A stretch of DNA of 64,000 bases from Phoronis australis. Taxonomy: Eukaryota; Animalia; Phoronida. The position numbers and the translations under genes are program-made. The notes beneath the pieces were generated by a model. The model was given only the letters and a program-made list of their open reading frames with translations. It did no database searches and had not been told where the DNA came from. The stretch is from contig NMRA01000002.1 in the NCBI GenBank assembly GCA_002633005.1, forward strand, positions 2,136,656 through 2,200,655. The letters are read 5' to 3'. Positions 27,482 to 40,400 of this stretch are shown one piece after another (the first letter of the stretch is position 1; every line of letters begins with the position of its first letter).

Positions 27482-28996
27482 AATAGCGGATTTGCAGCGA
27501 CGCCATATTGAAATTAGGTTAAAATGGTGCATTGTGGGTGTTGTGGTCAGGATTCCGAAAGCGGCCATAGTATCAAGCATAATACGCGGTATGAGCGCGA
27601 AGAAAACTTACGGCGGATACACTTGTTGTGTTCCTGGCTGCTTCAAAAACAACAAGAGAGATAAAAATCTGAGTTTTTATGTGTTCCCTGCAAACCAAGA
27701 ACTTCGTGAAAAATGGATAGACAACATTAGGAGAGCTGGGAGTAAGGGGAGATTTAGCGCATTCAAACCAACGCTGAGCCATCTACTAGGCAACACGTAG
27801 CCCCTCGGTTGGCCATATAGGGGCTACAATACTTCCATTCGCTTTCTGTACTCATTTCGTTACTTCAGTGTATTTTAAACGGGTCGTGACCGGATTTGGA
27901 TTACCGATTTCGAGTTTTCATCTCGTCAAAAATACATTCTACACTTAAAACTATCATTTAAAAAAACGCTTACTTTCATCATTGGTCCTTTCTACTTCTA
28001 TACATATCGTAAGCTTAGTTGTGAGAATTAAGTTGACTTTGGCGAAGAATTACATCACTTTTTTGGTTGCCGTTAATTTTATCACCGCGTGCGCGATAAC
28101 CATAAAGCATGTCAACTGAATCACGTGAGTTAGGCAAACTTGAAGGTTAGCGCGAGACTCGGCGAAGCGCGTGACGCTAGCGCGTGACACTTGTAAAATA
28201 GCATGAGAAGGTATCGGGTGAAACTTGTAAGATGTGTGTCTCTTAGACTTTTTATTCGTCAACATGCGTAATTTCACGTAACTTCCTCAAAATGGCACCC
28301 GGTAACTGAGAGAAACTCGAGCAAATGCGACAGATTTTCATCGAGTGTTCAAGTTTTGCTGACTAAATTGTATTCAGAGTCGTGGTATGTGATAATTATT
28401 TATAACTCCGTGTTCCTATATGTATGGTTCATTTGATTTTATTTGCTGTATTTTGAAACGAGTAACTTTTTGTGAGGATGTACCATCGCCCCTGAATGCC
28501 TGCGGCATCCAGTGCGATGTAATTGCCTGGGGGCCATCGTGTGTGCAGCGAACATTTTCCTGGTGGAAAAAAAGACGTATGAGAACAACATTCCGACGGA
28601 GTTTCCTCTTAAAATTCACGTCTCTAGCATATCCACGGCGAAAGCTACAAAAGTTTAGCAACCCAAGAACTATCAACTTGTCTGAAATCGGAGGAGATTT
28701 CGAAATCAACGCCAAAGGGGCCAATACTGAACATGACGACAGTCGTGCCCTCGGTCACACGGTCACTGATCATACATGTAGCTACGCTGTGTTTACGAAC
28801 GAGAGAGAGAGGACTTGCTTGGTATTATAAAGCAAAAAAATGAAACATGGTTTTTAGTTTGCAAGTCACTCCAAATGCACACACTATCCAGCCTGCTCAA
28901 GACATGCCTGACCACAAGCTATCCCATGAGCCTTCGCGCAGGAAGTAACTCGCACATGCGCAATGCGTAGTTCGTTTGCGCTGCAAATCCGCTATT
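27482..28996 (+). mobile_element. TIR DNA transposon remnant encoding a split THAP zinc finger
   Basis: TIRs AATAGCGGATTTGCAGCG / CGCTGCAAATCCGCTATT. THAP N-half CCVPGC..FP....REKW (27591-27783) and C-half RVCSEHFPGG..NNIPT.F (28539-28610), with a later DH(x)Y-like motif. Confidence 0.75.
27784..28538. mobile_element. ~750-bp insertion interrupting the THAP ORF
   Basis: Flanked by the direct repeat GCCATC (27778-27783, 28533-28538). Removing it rejoins ..FKPTLSH-RVCSEHF in frame. Confidence 0.65.
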
Positions 28997-30583
28997 ACTG
29001 ATTGTGGAGTGAATTGAATCGTTTCAACTGGACTTACGTGATTAATATGTCCTAGATTTTCGGGTTCTCCGGTCCAATTCGAAGGGAAGATGGCAACTGC
29101 GTCCTGGTCATTTTCAAGAGAGGCGTTGCTTTAGTCGGCCAGCGACAGTTCATTCACGTATCGCACTTCACTTTTCACTATGACAGAATATCGCTAAATC
29201 TCACGAGATCTTATCGGTTTGTATACGCGCGAAATAAGCCGCGGAAAAAAGTTCGTCATCGTTGTAATTGAAGAGTTTCGTAGCAGATATGATTACCTTC
29301 TTAAAATGGTAATTATAATCCTTGTAAGTGAGAATTCGTATTTGTCGACTGGTTTATGTACCAAAAGAAAGACTTATACTTGGGGAATGCCCAGTCACGG
29401 AATTCCCGAGTGGAATGGCGACGCATGCGGACGATGTTGGGGTACCTTTAGTATTAATTGAAGCAATTTTAAAACGACATGAAAATATCATTGAAACGGT
29501 GTTGTTATCACTATGTGAACATAAAACGTTCACGAGGACCTTTTAATCAGATAATCAAGTAAGTCAATTTGAAAAGATTCCATTCACTGCACAATGGATA
29601 TACCTGAATGGATCAAGTCTTCTATATTATTCACTTATTGACTTTCACCGACGTCAATATTTCGATTTTCAAACCTCAAAAAATGCGATAATGATCGAGC
29701 TCGTTGCGTTTTTTGGATCTAAAAATCAATATCTTCACCGAGAGTGAAAATGTAAAATTATTTGCTTCATTACAGGACTACATCCACTGGGTAATAATCA
29801 TGAAATGAAGTAATTACATTTATGTTTGGTCTTTCGATCGTATTCATTCTTCGGTCATTATAATTGTCAGTCTGTGATCATTTCTTACCCGAAAACTTTG
29901 CGGAGAGATTTCGAAAAACTCCCAGGTATTTGGAATGGGCAAAGGAATTATCGATTACAGCGGTGAAACCTCGCCTAATTGTTACACGTAGACACCAACT
30001 GTCTCGCGACCCTTATCACTGTCATCTGAAAATTCCATCTTCATTAAATATCATCGAGGCGCATGCTTGCCGGGTTGAGGCAATTTCAGGATTATAATTT
30101 GAGTGGGCATATGCTCCGCTGGCGCATTTCCGGATGTGAGGTGGAGTACACACGCTCCTTCGATACAATATTCGTCGTTTTCCGCACGGCAGTATAAAGC
30201 ACATACAAAAAGTAAAGATCTTGATAAGGCCACAGGGAAATGCATGGAGTACGCTAACTTTCATTACGTTTTCGCAGCGCCCTCTTGTGACCAGAAAGAA
30301 AACTTTTGCCTGGCAAAAATGTCGAGTCATCGGCGAAAAAAAAATCTTTCGAAACTTCAGTCACAAAATAGGAAAGTTTCTTATCCGCAGTTATCGAAAA
30401 CGGTCGTATTCATTGGCTAATTAGTTCTCAAAAGTTGACTAATCTGATGTTATTCAAGGCACTTCTTGGTGAAGAACTTCCTTAACAAATCAACGTTAAC
30501 CGACGATCCCCAACCATTGTGTGTATGAACAGAAGAACAAGTGAACGGCGTCGCACATCACCCACTCCTTTGCCAGTGAAAAG

Positions 30584-30665
30584 CAACCTCTCTCCCATCC
30601 TCCCTCTCTCCTCTCCTTCCCTCCTCCCTTCCTCCCCTCTCTCGCTCCCTCCCTTCCCCCTATCT
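30584..30665. repeat. Polypyrimidine (CT-rich) tract
   Basis: About 80 nt of nearly pure C/T, G-rich on the minus strand. Confidence 0.75.
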
Positions 30666-31424
30666 CGTGTATGATAAAAGTTTAGCCGTATTTAAATCAC
30701 AAATAAAAATGCAATTCAGCGGTCGTTAAACGTTTCAAAATTCATTTATACTGAAATGATTGCCGTTTCCTAATTGTTTACAGGCCTTGTTACAGACACA
30801 CTACACCATGATTTGGATCTACGAGTGTTTTGTTGGGACAGTTTTGATTTTTGCTTTAATTTGTTATTTTCGTGAGGTATCAAGGTATCAGTATAGCTCA
30901 TTGAAAATATTCTTTTAATGAAATTAAACCCCCGGAATGAAACAGGTCCAGCTAATCACGACTGCCAGACCTGTGAGCTGCTAAGCCTAACTATAGTCTA
31001 TTTTATTTAACGTATTTGACGGATTTGTACAGATAAGATTCTATCTCCATGTACTGATGTTTGTCCAAATCTGAAATTATATAACTTATTTCTCGCAAAG
31101 GATCATTGACAGTGTTCGCAATCCCAATTGCTCACCCGTAAATTATCGGTCATAATACGGAGTGCCTTCCTTTCTTGAAAAATTACACAAAATTTATCGC
31201 TAGGTTACCGATTTAATTAACGATGGAACCAGATATGCCGAAGAAAACTTTAAAAAAAAAATATCCGGAGGCACTCTTACCGACCTTCAGACCTTGACAA
31301 CCGATAGTGTTATCTTATTCAAAATACTGTCATCACCTTACCTAACAGCGAGCAAAGGTGTGCACAAGAGGATCAGTTTCCAAAGTTTTCTTCAATTTCT
31401 AATGTTTAATGCTTGATCAGCAAA

Positions 31425-34400
31425 ATGAATTTTGACGAAATTCTTCAAAGTTTGGGGACATTTGGCCGTTATCAAATGCGCATTTACTTTTTGCTTTGCC
31501 TACCGGCCATTCCGACTGCAATGCACATGCTTGCGTCTGTTTTCATCGCCTACACGCCGAAATTCAGGTAAGCGGTTACATCTTTACCATCAGTTGTGCG
31601 GTCCGCTCACAAATGAGATTCTTTGAATATCCCCTGCATGATAATTCAGTAATCCTGCCCGTAAAATATAGCATTTGCAAGAGTATCGTAGCTTCCTTTT
31701 TGAAGAAACAAATTCTTAATGAATTATTTTGGAAGCTACACTCCGCGCCCATATTGATAACTGAATATCTTTTGATATGTATACTGTGTACTTACCGTTG
31801 TTAGTTTTGGGACCTTCGTTATGTGTGAAGCAGTTGCTCAGACTGATTACGCAATTAATATATTCATGCAGCATCCCGATATAGACTTTTTTGACTTTTG
31901 TTTGTGGAATGATTTTTGGTAAGTTTTTACTAGTTAAAGTTATCTCAATGTCAAAGATGAATGTTGACCGTGACAACTATGCAACATGTGTTCAAAATAA
32001 CATTGTCTATTTCGTGTATATTGTTATTTTCTAGAGTCCACTTTCTTAGGAACATAAAAATCGTAAAAATGTGACACTTTTAATGTCCCTTGTTTACGAT
32101 AACGTACACCACATGTATCAGGATCACTAACTTTTACTTTCTGAAGAAAAGAGTTTATTTCAAAACTTTTATGGAAAGTAATACGCTGCAACCAATGTGA
32201 TGAGCTATCCATTCTACATTTCAAATCTAACGTGATAGATGCTTGCCCATTTTTCAATTTTCTGAAAACCTTTATTTGCAAATGTAAATTTCGGATAGAT
32301 ACTTGGAGTAGTTTATCGCATTTTCGTAAATGTCATTTCATTCTGAAACGTATCAAACGACATCAAAGGTCCAACAAATTAAAAGTTTGTCCCCAGCAAG
32401 GTTCAGGGACCCATATTATAAAACTTGTATTTATAGGGTAGAAGTCTTTTGAATTATTGAACTTATCTTCCTAATAGATTAGCTAGTCATTTATACCTGT
32501 ATAATCTCTCTGGTTCAATTTCTTTTTCTATTGCTATTACACGCTGTTACGTTTCGCATTTCTGTAGCACTCTTGGTTTTTAGACTTAAAACTAGTTTTG
32601 AAATAATCAAGTATGCGGATTACTAATGAGTTTAATTATTTATCTTTTGCTCCTGGTATAATTATGAAGAACTTACAAAGGACTTTTTAACGATATGGCA
32701 TTTGTGCTATTCGGTTGAAAAAACGGCGGAGTTGAGAAAAGTTTTAATGACTGTACGTTCCAATAGCATGTACTCACACTGGAATAAACGAATCTAAAAA
32801 CAACACTCACGCATGTGCTTTCACACTTTCACAAGATCGGAGTTGGCATTTCAGGACTAAAGTTCGGTGAACGTACCAAGAGTAGCGTACATGAAATAAT
32901 ATCCCACGAGACCTTGTCCCACGTATTGACCCAGACCGAAACGTTTTGTATTAACAATATACACTTTGAACTCTTAGTTTCTTTTATTTTTTGGCAGATT
33001 TTGTAAAAACTTTTTCTATATAAAAATAATTGCAGGCGGTCTGATACACGTTGTACCAGACGTGCGCAGGCCTCGCATGTGGGCCCACTGCACTGATCAC
33101 ATGGAAATATTTTTATGCTTTATTAATGTATGGTTAAAACCGAGCTGAGGAGCTAAAAATCTGGCTCAATGGTTCAGCAGTGTGACCTGGTGGGACCTGG
33201 TGGGACTCGAACCCACGACCTCGAGTAATGAAAGCGGGCACTTATCAACCAGGCAACACTGTCCCCTCTTGTAAAAACATTACCCAGACTGTACATTGTA
33301 TGTATATCAGTATAATGCGTCTTGTCTGTCTAGGTTTGTTTAAACTTTTTATTCGTTTATCTTTTTTGTTTATCTTACCCACCCCTTGTGAGTTTTTCAC
33401 TCGCGCATTTAAATGTACTTTTATGTCCAACATCAACCAGTTTTCTGCTGACGCAGCTTTTGATCCTGCTTATCTATTTTCTAGTTAAGGAGGTGAAAAT
33501 GTACTTCACTTCTGTCGCATATACAAGTCCCTTGATTGTGGCACCGAGGCTACAATTACCAAATCTCATTTTTTGATACAGAAGGGGTTAAATACTTTCT
33601 TGAATATATCTAGTAGTTTAACTGTGTTAAGTATTATAATTCAATCACTTAACGCAAAATTCATTCAATTCGAATCATTCCTGCACAGCATCCACTCTTG
33701 ATTAAAGAATTACATTTCGACGTCCTCTTAATTCAAGAACCGTGGTTAACCACTACCAGTTGCCTTTCAGTCTTTCAAATTGATAGCTATAACATGTACT
33801 TCAAACCTGGGCCCGGTCTCCAATCTTTTTACTCGAAATGGAACTCGAAAATAGGTTTGGCATTTTCTACTCTTCTTTTGGGCGAACTCAAGATAAGTGT
33901 CTATTATTCAATGCACAATAACTTACGTAGATAATTTATTGCCCTCAGTTCACAGTTTGTTAGCCCAATATTAAAGCAATAAGTTCGAGTTTGAACTCGA
34001 AATTTCGAGTTTTTACTCGCGTTTGTAGCACGATTATAAGGGTCTTCAAGGGCAAACTTGAACTAGAAACTCCTATGCATAAACTATAATGTATTCGAGC
34101 ACAGTCTGATAACCAATTATCTTAAGTTCGCACAAAAAGAGCAGAGAAGTTGCCAAAAATAGTTTCGAGTTCATTTCGAGTACAAAGATTAGAGACTGGG
34201 CCCTGATCTGGCTCGTGTTCAACACACGGTGGCCTTATCACTTACATAAATGACAATCTTCCTGTCAAAAATTTCAAGCTCTTGATACTTATTAGACGTT
34301 CGAATGCCTACTCACATTTATCTCTATTAAAAATAAAATCATTTGCTTCGGTAACTTTTTACAGACCACCGACTTCACACCTTAGAACTATTGGCATGTT

Positions 34401-37400
34401 TCTTGAAGAGTTCTGTCCCACCATCGAAAACTTTCGAAATCACCGTGAAACACTGATTTTAGGTGGAGATTACAACTAAATCTGCTAGAGACACAAACAA
34501 ACAATAAAGTTCGAACATTCCTGAATTTCATGACTAATCTCAATTTAGGACCTTCCAATACACACGCCACAAGTCTCAGCTCAACCTCAGCAACTCTAAT
34601 AGATAACTTCTTTACATCAACAACATACGGTCACATTCATACACACTCTAGTATTCTTCTATCTCAGATTTCAGACCACTGTCCTATCTTCATTGCTTCA
34701 AAAACTATAAAGAAACTCCGCACTAAACGCCCTACGTTCGTTTCAAAATATTCTTACACACCGCAAACAAAAGCTCACTTTCTCAATAACTTGCGAAACT
34801 GCAACATTATGGAAAAGCTGAACCTCAGATTAGATTGTGACCCCAATCACAATTACGCAATACTAAGTGATGCTTTAACAAATCTCACGAAAAAAACACT
34901 TTGGTCCAAAAAACATTATATGTAAACAAACACACCGGCGCTACCGAAATAAACTACAAACAAACCAAGGCAACCCCTCGCAACACACAATCCTACCCTA
35001 TATTCCATTACCACCTTAAAGTATACAACAAGATTCTCAAAAAGCTATTGATTCTGCCAAGCAATCTTACTATCATGACACATTTGAAAAAGGGAAGTCT
35101 GACATGAATAAATCATGGGATACAATAAAGACAGTTATGAACAACGGCGTGCGAACAAAAATAGTAACCCAGAATGTCTCTTACATTCAGATAAAATTAA
35201 AACCAGTGATCTACTCGAACTGGCGAGTTTATTCAACTGCTGCTTTACCCAAATCGGCTAATCCCTTTCTGAATCAATAACTATGACAAACAATAAGAAT
35301 TTGAAAGGCTATCTTCCCGCGCCAAACAAATTTAAATTCTCTTTCAAACAAATTAATCATAAACATATACTATTTACTATAAGAGACATGGACGCAAAAA
35401 TGGTACTGGTCATGACAAATTATCATCTAAAATTATCAAAATAAGCCGCTCTTTAATAATTGAACCTCTCACGACCATCATCAACCAATGCTTGCACTCT
35501 GGTACATTTTCAGATGCCCTCAAGGTGATACTGTTTTTAAACAACATGGTTTGGACCCAGAGCACTCTTGCAATTATAGACCCATATCTATTATCCCAAC
35601 AATCTAAAAAGTTATAGAAAAATTATCCACACACAACTTTCAACTTTCCTAAATGAAGATGATATTCTTCATAAACATCAATATGGCTTCAGGAAATGTC
35701 ACTCTACAGAACTTGCTTCGCTTGAGCTTTTAGACCGCACTTGTTCCCATCTTGATAATGACATGAGTCCCCTGGTCATAATTCTCGATCTCTCTAAAGC
35801 TTTCGCCACAATAGACCACCAAATACTTTTAAAAAAGATGAATCACTATGGTATCACTAGAGTTGAATGTACAGTATTTAAAAAACATTATTACCCAATA
35901 TGTTTCACTGAGGGATGCAACTTACCAATATCTACCGGAGTTCCCACAAGGCTCTGACCTTGGCCCACTTCTCTTCTTAATTTGCATCAATGATCTCCCG
36001 TTTTCTTCTCCCACGGACACACTTCTTTATGCTGGGGACACTTGCCTCGTCACACCTTACAAACTGACAGAATCTTTCCAACACATTTTACAGCAATCAG
36101 CCGCCATTAACAACAACCTTAAATCTATTTCAGTCTGGTTTTCCATGAACAAACGTTCAATTAATGCATCGAAAAGTAAACTAATGATCTTCCACTACCT
36201 CCAAAAGAAAATTGAAAAATGCATTATTCCCACAATTTATGTAAATAGCAAAGTAATATAACAGCCTCATTTCAAACAAACTTAACAATCTCGGTGGACT
36301 CGTATATAAATTGAAATATCTTCCTCTCCCAACTCCCAAGTTAATATATAATTCACTTGTTCTCCCACGTTTAAACTACGGCATTACAACTTGGGGTTTT
36401 GGCAATACTAAGAAACTCCACACAGCCCAGAAGAGAATTTTTGGAATATATCAAGTTCCAGTTACAATGCTCGCACTCTGCCCACATGTAAGAATGGTAT
36501 TAATCAAAATGAAGATCAATGATTTACAAGTGAGGGAAAATGAACATAAATTTTACTGATTTAAAGATGTTTTAAATGAATTGTGCGTCTTATTTTTCAT
36601 AGCGTATAAATGTCGGAACAGTGCTGTTTGTTAAACATGGTATTATTGCGCGTGCTCATTTAAGTATTCTGTTTTCACATTCGATGAAGTTACCTGCTTA
36701 ATGGCGCAGCGGTTAACTCTTGCGAAACGGGTTCGAAACCGTCCTCGAGTTCCCGCCCAAAATGTTATACAACGCTCGTTGAATAACTAAATGGGTTATT
36801 TAACGGCTGCATTGGCCGTGTCAGGCTGATAATGTGGTATAAAACACCTATTAACTCAAGTGCGAAAAGTCACGGTGCTCACACATGAAAGACGTGTGGT
36901 TTAACCCTTCAGTGTTTACTTCGCACACGAAACAGATAACACGTGCAAATATACGGTGTAAATACATGCTGATAGCCTGGGTGCGAAGTTGTATGCTAAA
37001 TATAGAGCTTTGGGCCGATGTGAGGAAAAATAACCAAATAAAATCTGACGCAAAATTAGTGACATTAAAAGCTACAATCTTCTTTTAGTAAGCTAAATTG
37101 TTTACAGGTGTTGAAAATTCAGCTGTTCTTCTTCCACGAGGTTGCGTAGGTGTCACAGCGACTTGTCGCAACTGGTTTAATTACGTTATAAGTTTTTAGT
37201 ATTTTAATACCAGCAAACCGAATTTTAGAACAAACTTTGTTGCTGCGAATTTGCCATCATTTCCCCAGAGATGTCACAAAAATTTAGGAATTGACGCGTG
37301 CGTGTTTCACGAGCTTACTGTTTTCAAAATGACATGCTTTTCATTGTTACAAAAGGCGGAGAATTGTGCTAGAAAATGACGTTTATTAGATTGTTTTTCA

Positions 37401-40400
37401 CTTAAACAACTGTAACGGGCAAAGTGAATGTTAGTTGACTCCCAGATTTTGACGATAGTCTCCATACAGCTAGATGGCTGGCTACACACAGTGGTACCTA
37501 GCTGTATTTTGACGATAGCTAACTGGCTGGCTACCATGCTGATAAATCAATCCTTAGCTTTAAACAGGGTTGGAAGTCCGTGCATTGAAAGTGCAGAATT
37601 AGGTGATATATGTCGCACCCTGATTGCATTTCGAATATTAACCTGAGCACCTCTAAATGGCGATTGCGTGAACGCTTTTATCAGCAAATGATGAATGCAT
37701 CCAATGTAACGGCACGGAAGTCAATCCTTTCAAAAGAACGTATTCACTCCAAGGTTCGACTTGATACTATTGGCTTGTCACTCTGTCATTTGCATCCTTG
37801 TGGAATCGTGACTAAAGCATCCTCTTACTTGAATGGCTGGCATTCGGGTCACTGTATAACGTCATTAGGTCAAAAACTTTGTGAGATCTTCGAGTGAATA
37901 AGCTCTTTCGAAAAGCTCGATTCCGTGCAGTTATATTCGTCGTAGTATTTCTGCAGATAAATGTGTTCAAACGATCGCAATTTCGACGTGTGTTGGTTAA
38001 AGATGCTATGTCTCATCATAGAAAATAGATAACAGGGCCCAGTTGCATAAAAGTTATACGCCGTGTAGCAACAATGACGTCGCGTTATCACCCGTCACGT
38101 TGTTGTCATTGAAGAATGCACGTGCCGTCATTCAACAATCAAACTTATCCAGCGGATGATTTTGAAGCTTTATGCAACTCGGTGCAAATTTGCGACTCCG
38201 ACATTTTCTTGAGTAGTATCCTCGAGGTGGCGCCACTCTCCTAAATTACCAGTTTCAGTTTCCGGTTAGTGACGACACAACAGTTGGCCATAATTAGCAG
38301 ACGACCACAGGCGCTTGGGTTTATCGCAAATGACGTCACAATATATATAAGAAAACATAAAAGTTAGACACTCGAAATCTGTTTAGCCGAGGCTCCCAAC
38401 TTCAACCGTCCAAAATCCAAATAAAATCTGCGTGCACCTCCCTTAGCCTGGTATTGCATAAACATTCGAAGCCTTATCTTTCCTAGATCCCATTAACTGT
38501 CTTCGTGAGTGGTGAGGTGGCGATGGAATTTCCAAAACAATCTCAAAACTCTGAATTCAAGGACCTGAAATAGTAAACATGGCGGATTTCAGTTGTGCTT
38601 CAACTTGTACGCCTGACGTAGGTGAAACTTCGAGTTTGAGCAAGCAACCTATATTTCAAATTCAATAATTCTAATCCAAAACTCAACTAATTGAGAACGT
38701 TAAAGTTAGTATTTTAATGCTTATTTGTAACTTAATTCAACTGACGGCTCATTTTAGCCCTTAACTTAGAACTTTATTACATAAACTGGCGTATCTTGTT
38801 TCTCATCTTGACATCACGCACTTTTTTGATTGAAGCACAACACACACCCGGCCAGGAAACGCAGCCCGTGCAAGTATTACAATGCGCGTGGCCGACGAGT
38901 TAACTCAATGGTTTTGGCCAAAAATAAAACCTTCATAAGAAATCACAGTACACAAAAAACTTCGCATATCAATACAGTATCAGGATAATTTATATTTGAC
39001 ACAAATATGTGAGTAATTACATTTATTTGGCAATAAAGTGCTCTCTGCTTCTCATGATCAAGTAGTCGATGGATTGACGGCGAAAGCCGCGCGAAATTAG
39101 ACTTTCGGATTTAGCTCGGGAGGGTCGGTCAAAACCCGGATGTGCGAAGACCGTCTGCCATGACATCACTGAACCAGGTCCTTGAATTTCTGATTTTGGC
39201 ATTCTTTTGGCATTTTTGTCGCCAAATCACCACTCGAAGGCAATTTGAAGAGATCAAATGAAAGAAGGTATTCTAAGAGTTGTCCGATGCTAGTGTCGTG
39301 GAGTTCCATGCTCATTTGAGTAGAAAATTCTGAGCAAACAGATTTCGAGTGTCCAACCTTTATGTTTAATATATATATATTATTGAGTGACGTCATTTGC
39401 GATAAACCCAAGCGCCTGTGCAGACGACGTATTGCCGGAAGTAAAACTTGCTAATTTTGCCAGGTGTCACTAGAGAATAATGAAGTCAGGGTTTCTGCTA
39501 AGATCACAGATTTGGTCCATTGAAAATATACGGAGTTGGCCGCCTTTGTACTACAGTCTAATGTCTCATTAGAACTGTGAATATAAAGTCTGTAGCATGC
39601 GCCACCTTGTGAAATAGTTTGTAAATAGATTGCGATTTGAAAGAAAGCCCTATAACTAATACACTTAAAAACAGAAGTGAACAAATAAAAATCCAAGTAA
39701 TTCCAAATATTACACAATTGTTATTTGATAGTGAAATGAACAAATAATGAGAACTGCGCCTTGTTTTATAAGGGTAATTATTAACCATTAACACGAAAAT
39801 AGTCTCGCAAAACGAGACTTCCACGTGATTGTAATGGTAACTGGTTCCCGTATGGTTTCCAACACACTGGAGGACCCTGAGCTGTTTGTGAATTAATACC
39901 TCATTTGCATATTCCCAATTTCATGATACTGTTCATCTTTAATATTTGATTTTCAATTCGAGTATGATGCGTATGGCACTTGATTCTACATTTTCACTGT
40001 GCGGACTTCGTCAGTAAACCAACCCATAAGCAGGGTTGGTTTACTGACGAAGTATTGGGTCCCACGTGTGAGAGGTCAATGCCCTGAAAATATCGTAACG
40101 CCTGGGCCCAAGTGTAATTACCATGCTTACCAAAAACATTTTTCCAGTCTCATCTGGTGTACATAGAAAATGTGTGATAAAACGCACAAGAAGCGACCGA
40201 TTATCATTTGCTGATAATGACATAGATTCACAAGCTAACCTGTAGCCTGTTTCATGAAAGTGACTAAAAACCTCGAAAGAAGATTGGTCTTTCGCCCCCA
40301 CTTCGAAATCAATGAAAAAGACTTAGCCAATTAATTATGAGTGCATGTCAGCATAGAAATCATTTTCAGAAGTTGTCTTAGTAACTATGAGTTTCGTGTC

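Noticed and set aside
29864-30097. VCDHF as the missing half of the THAP domain
   Set aside because: Spacing is wrong (CxH, not CxxH), and the true continuation RVCSEHF was found at 28539.
33190-33258. Possible tRNA gene (also 36700-36750)
   Set aside because: A/B boxes are present but there is no convincing cloverleaf or terminator. Better explained as SINE heads.
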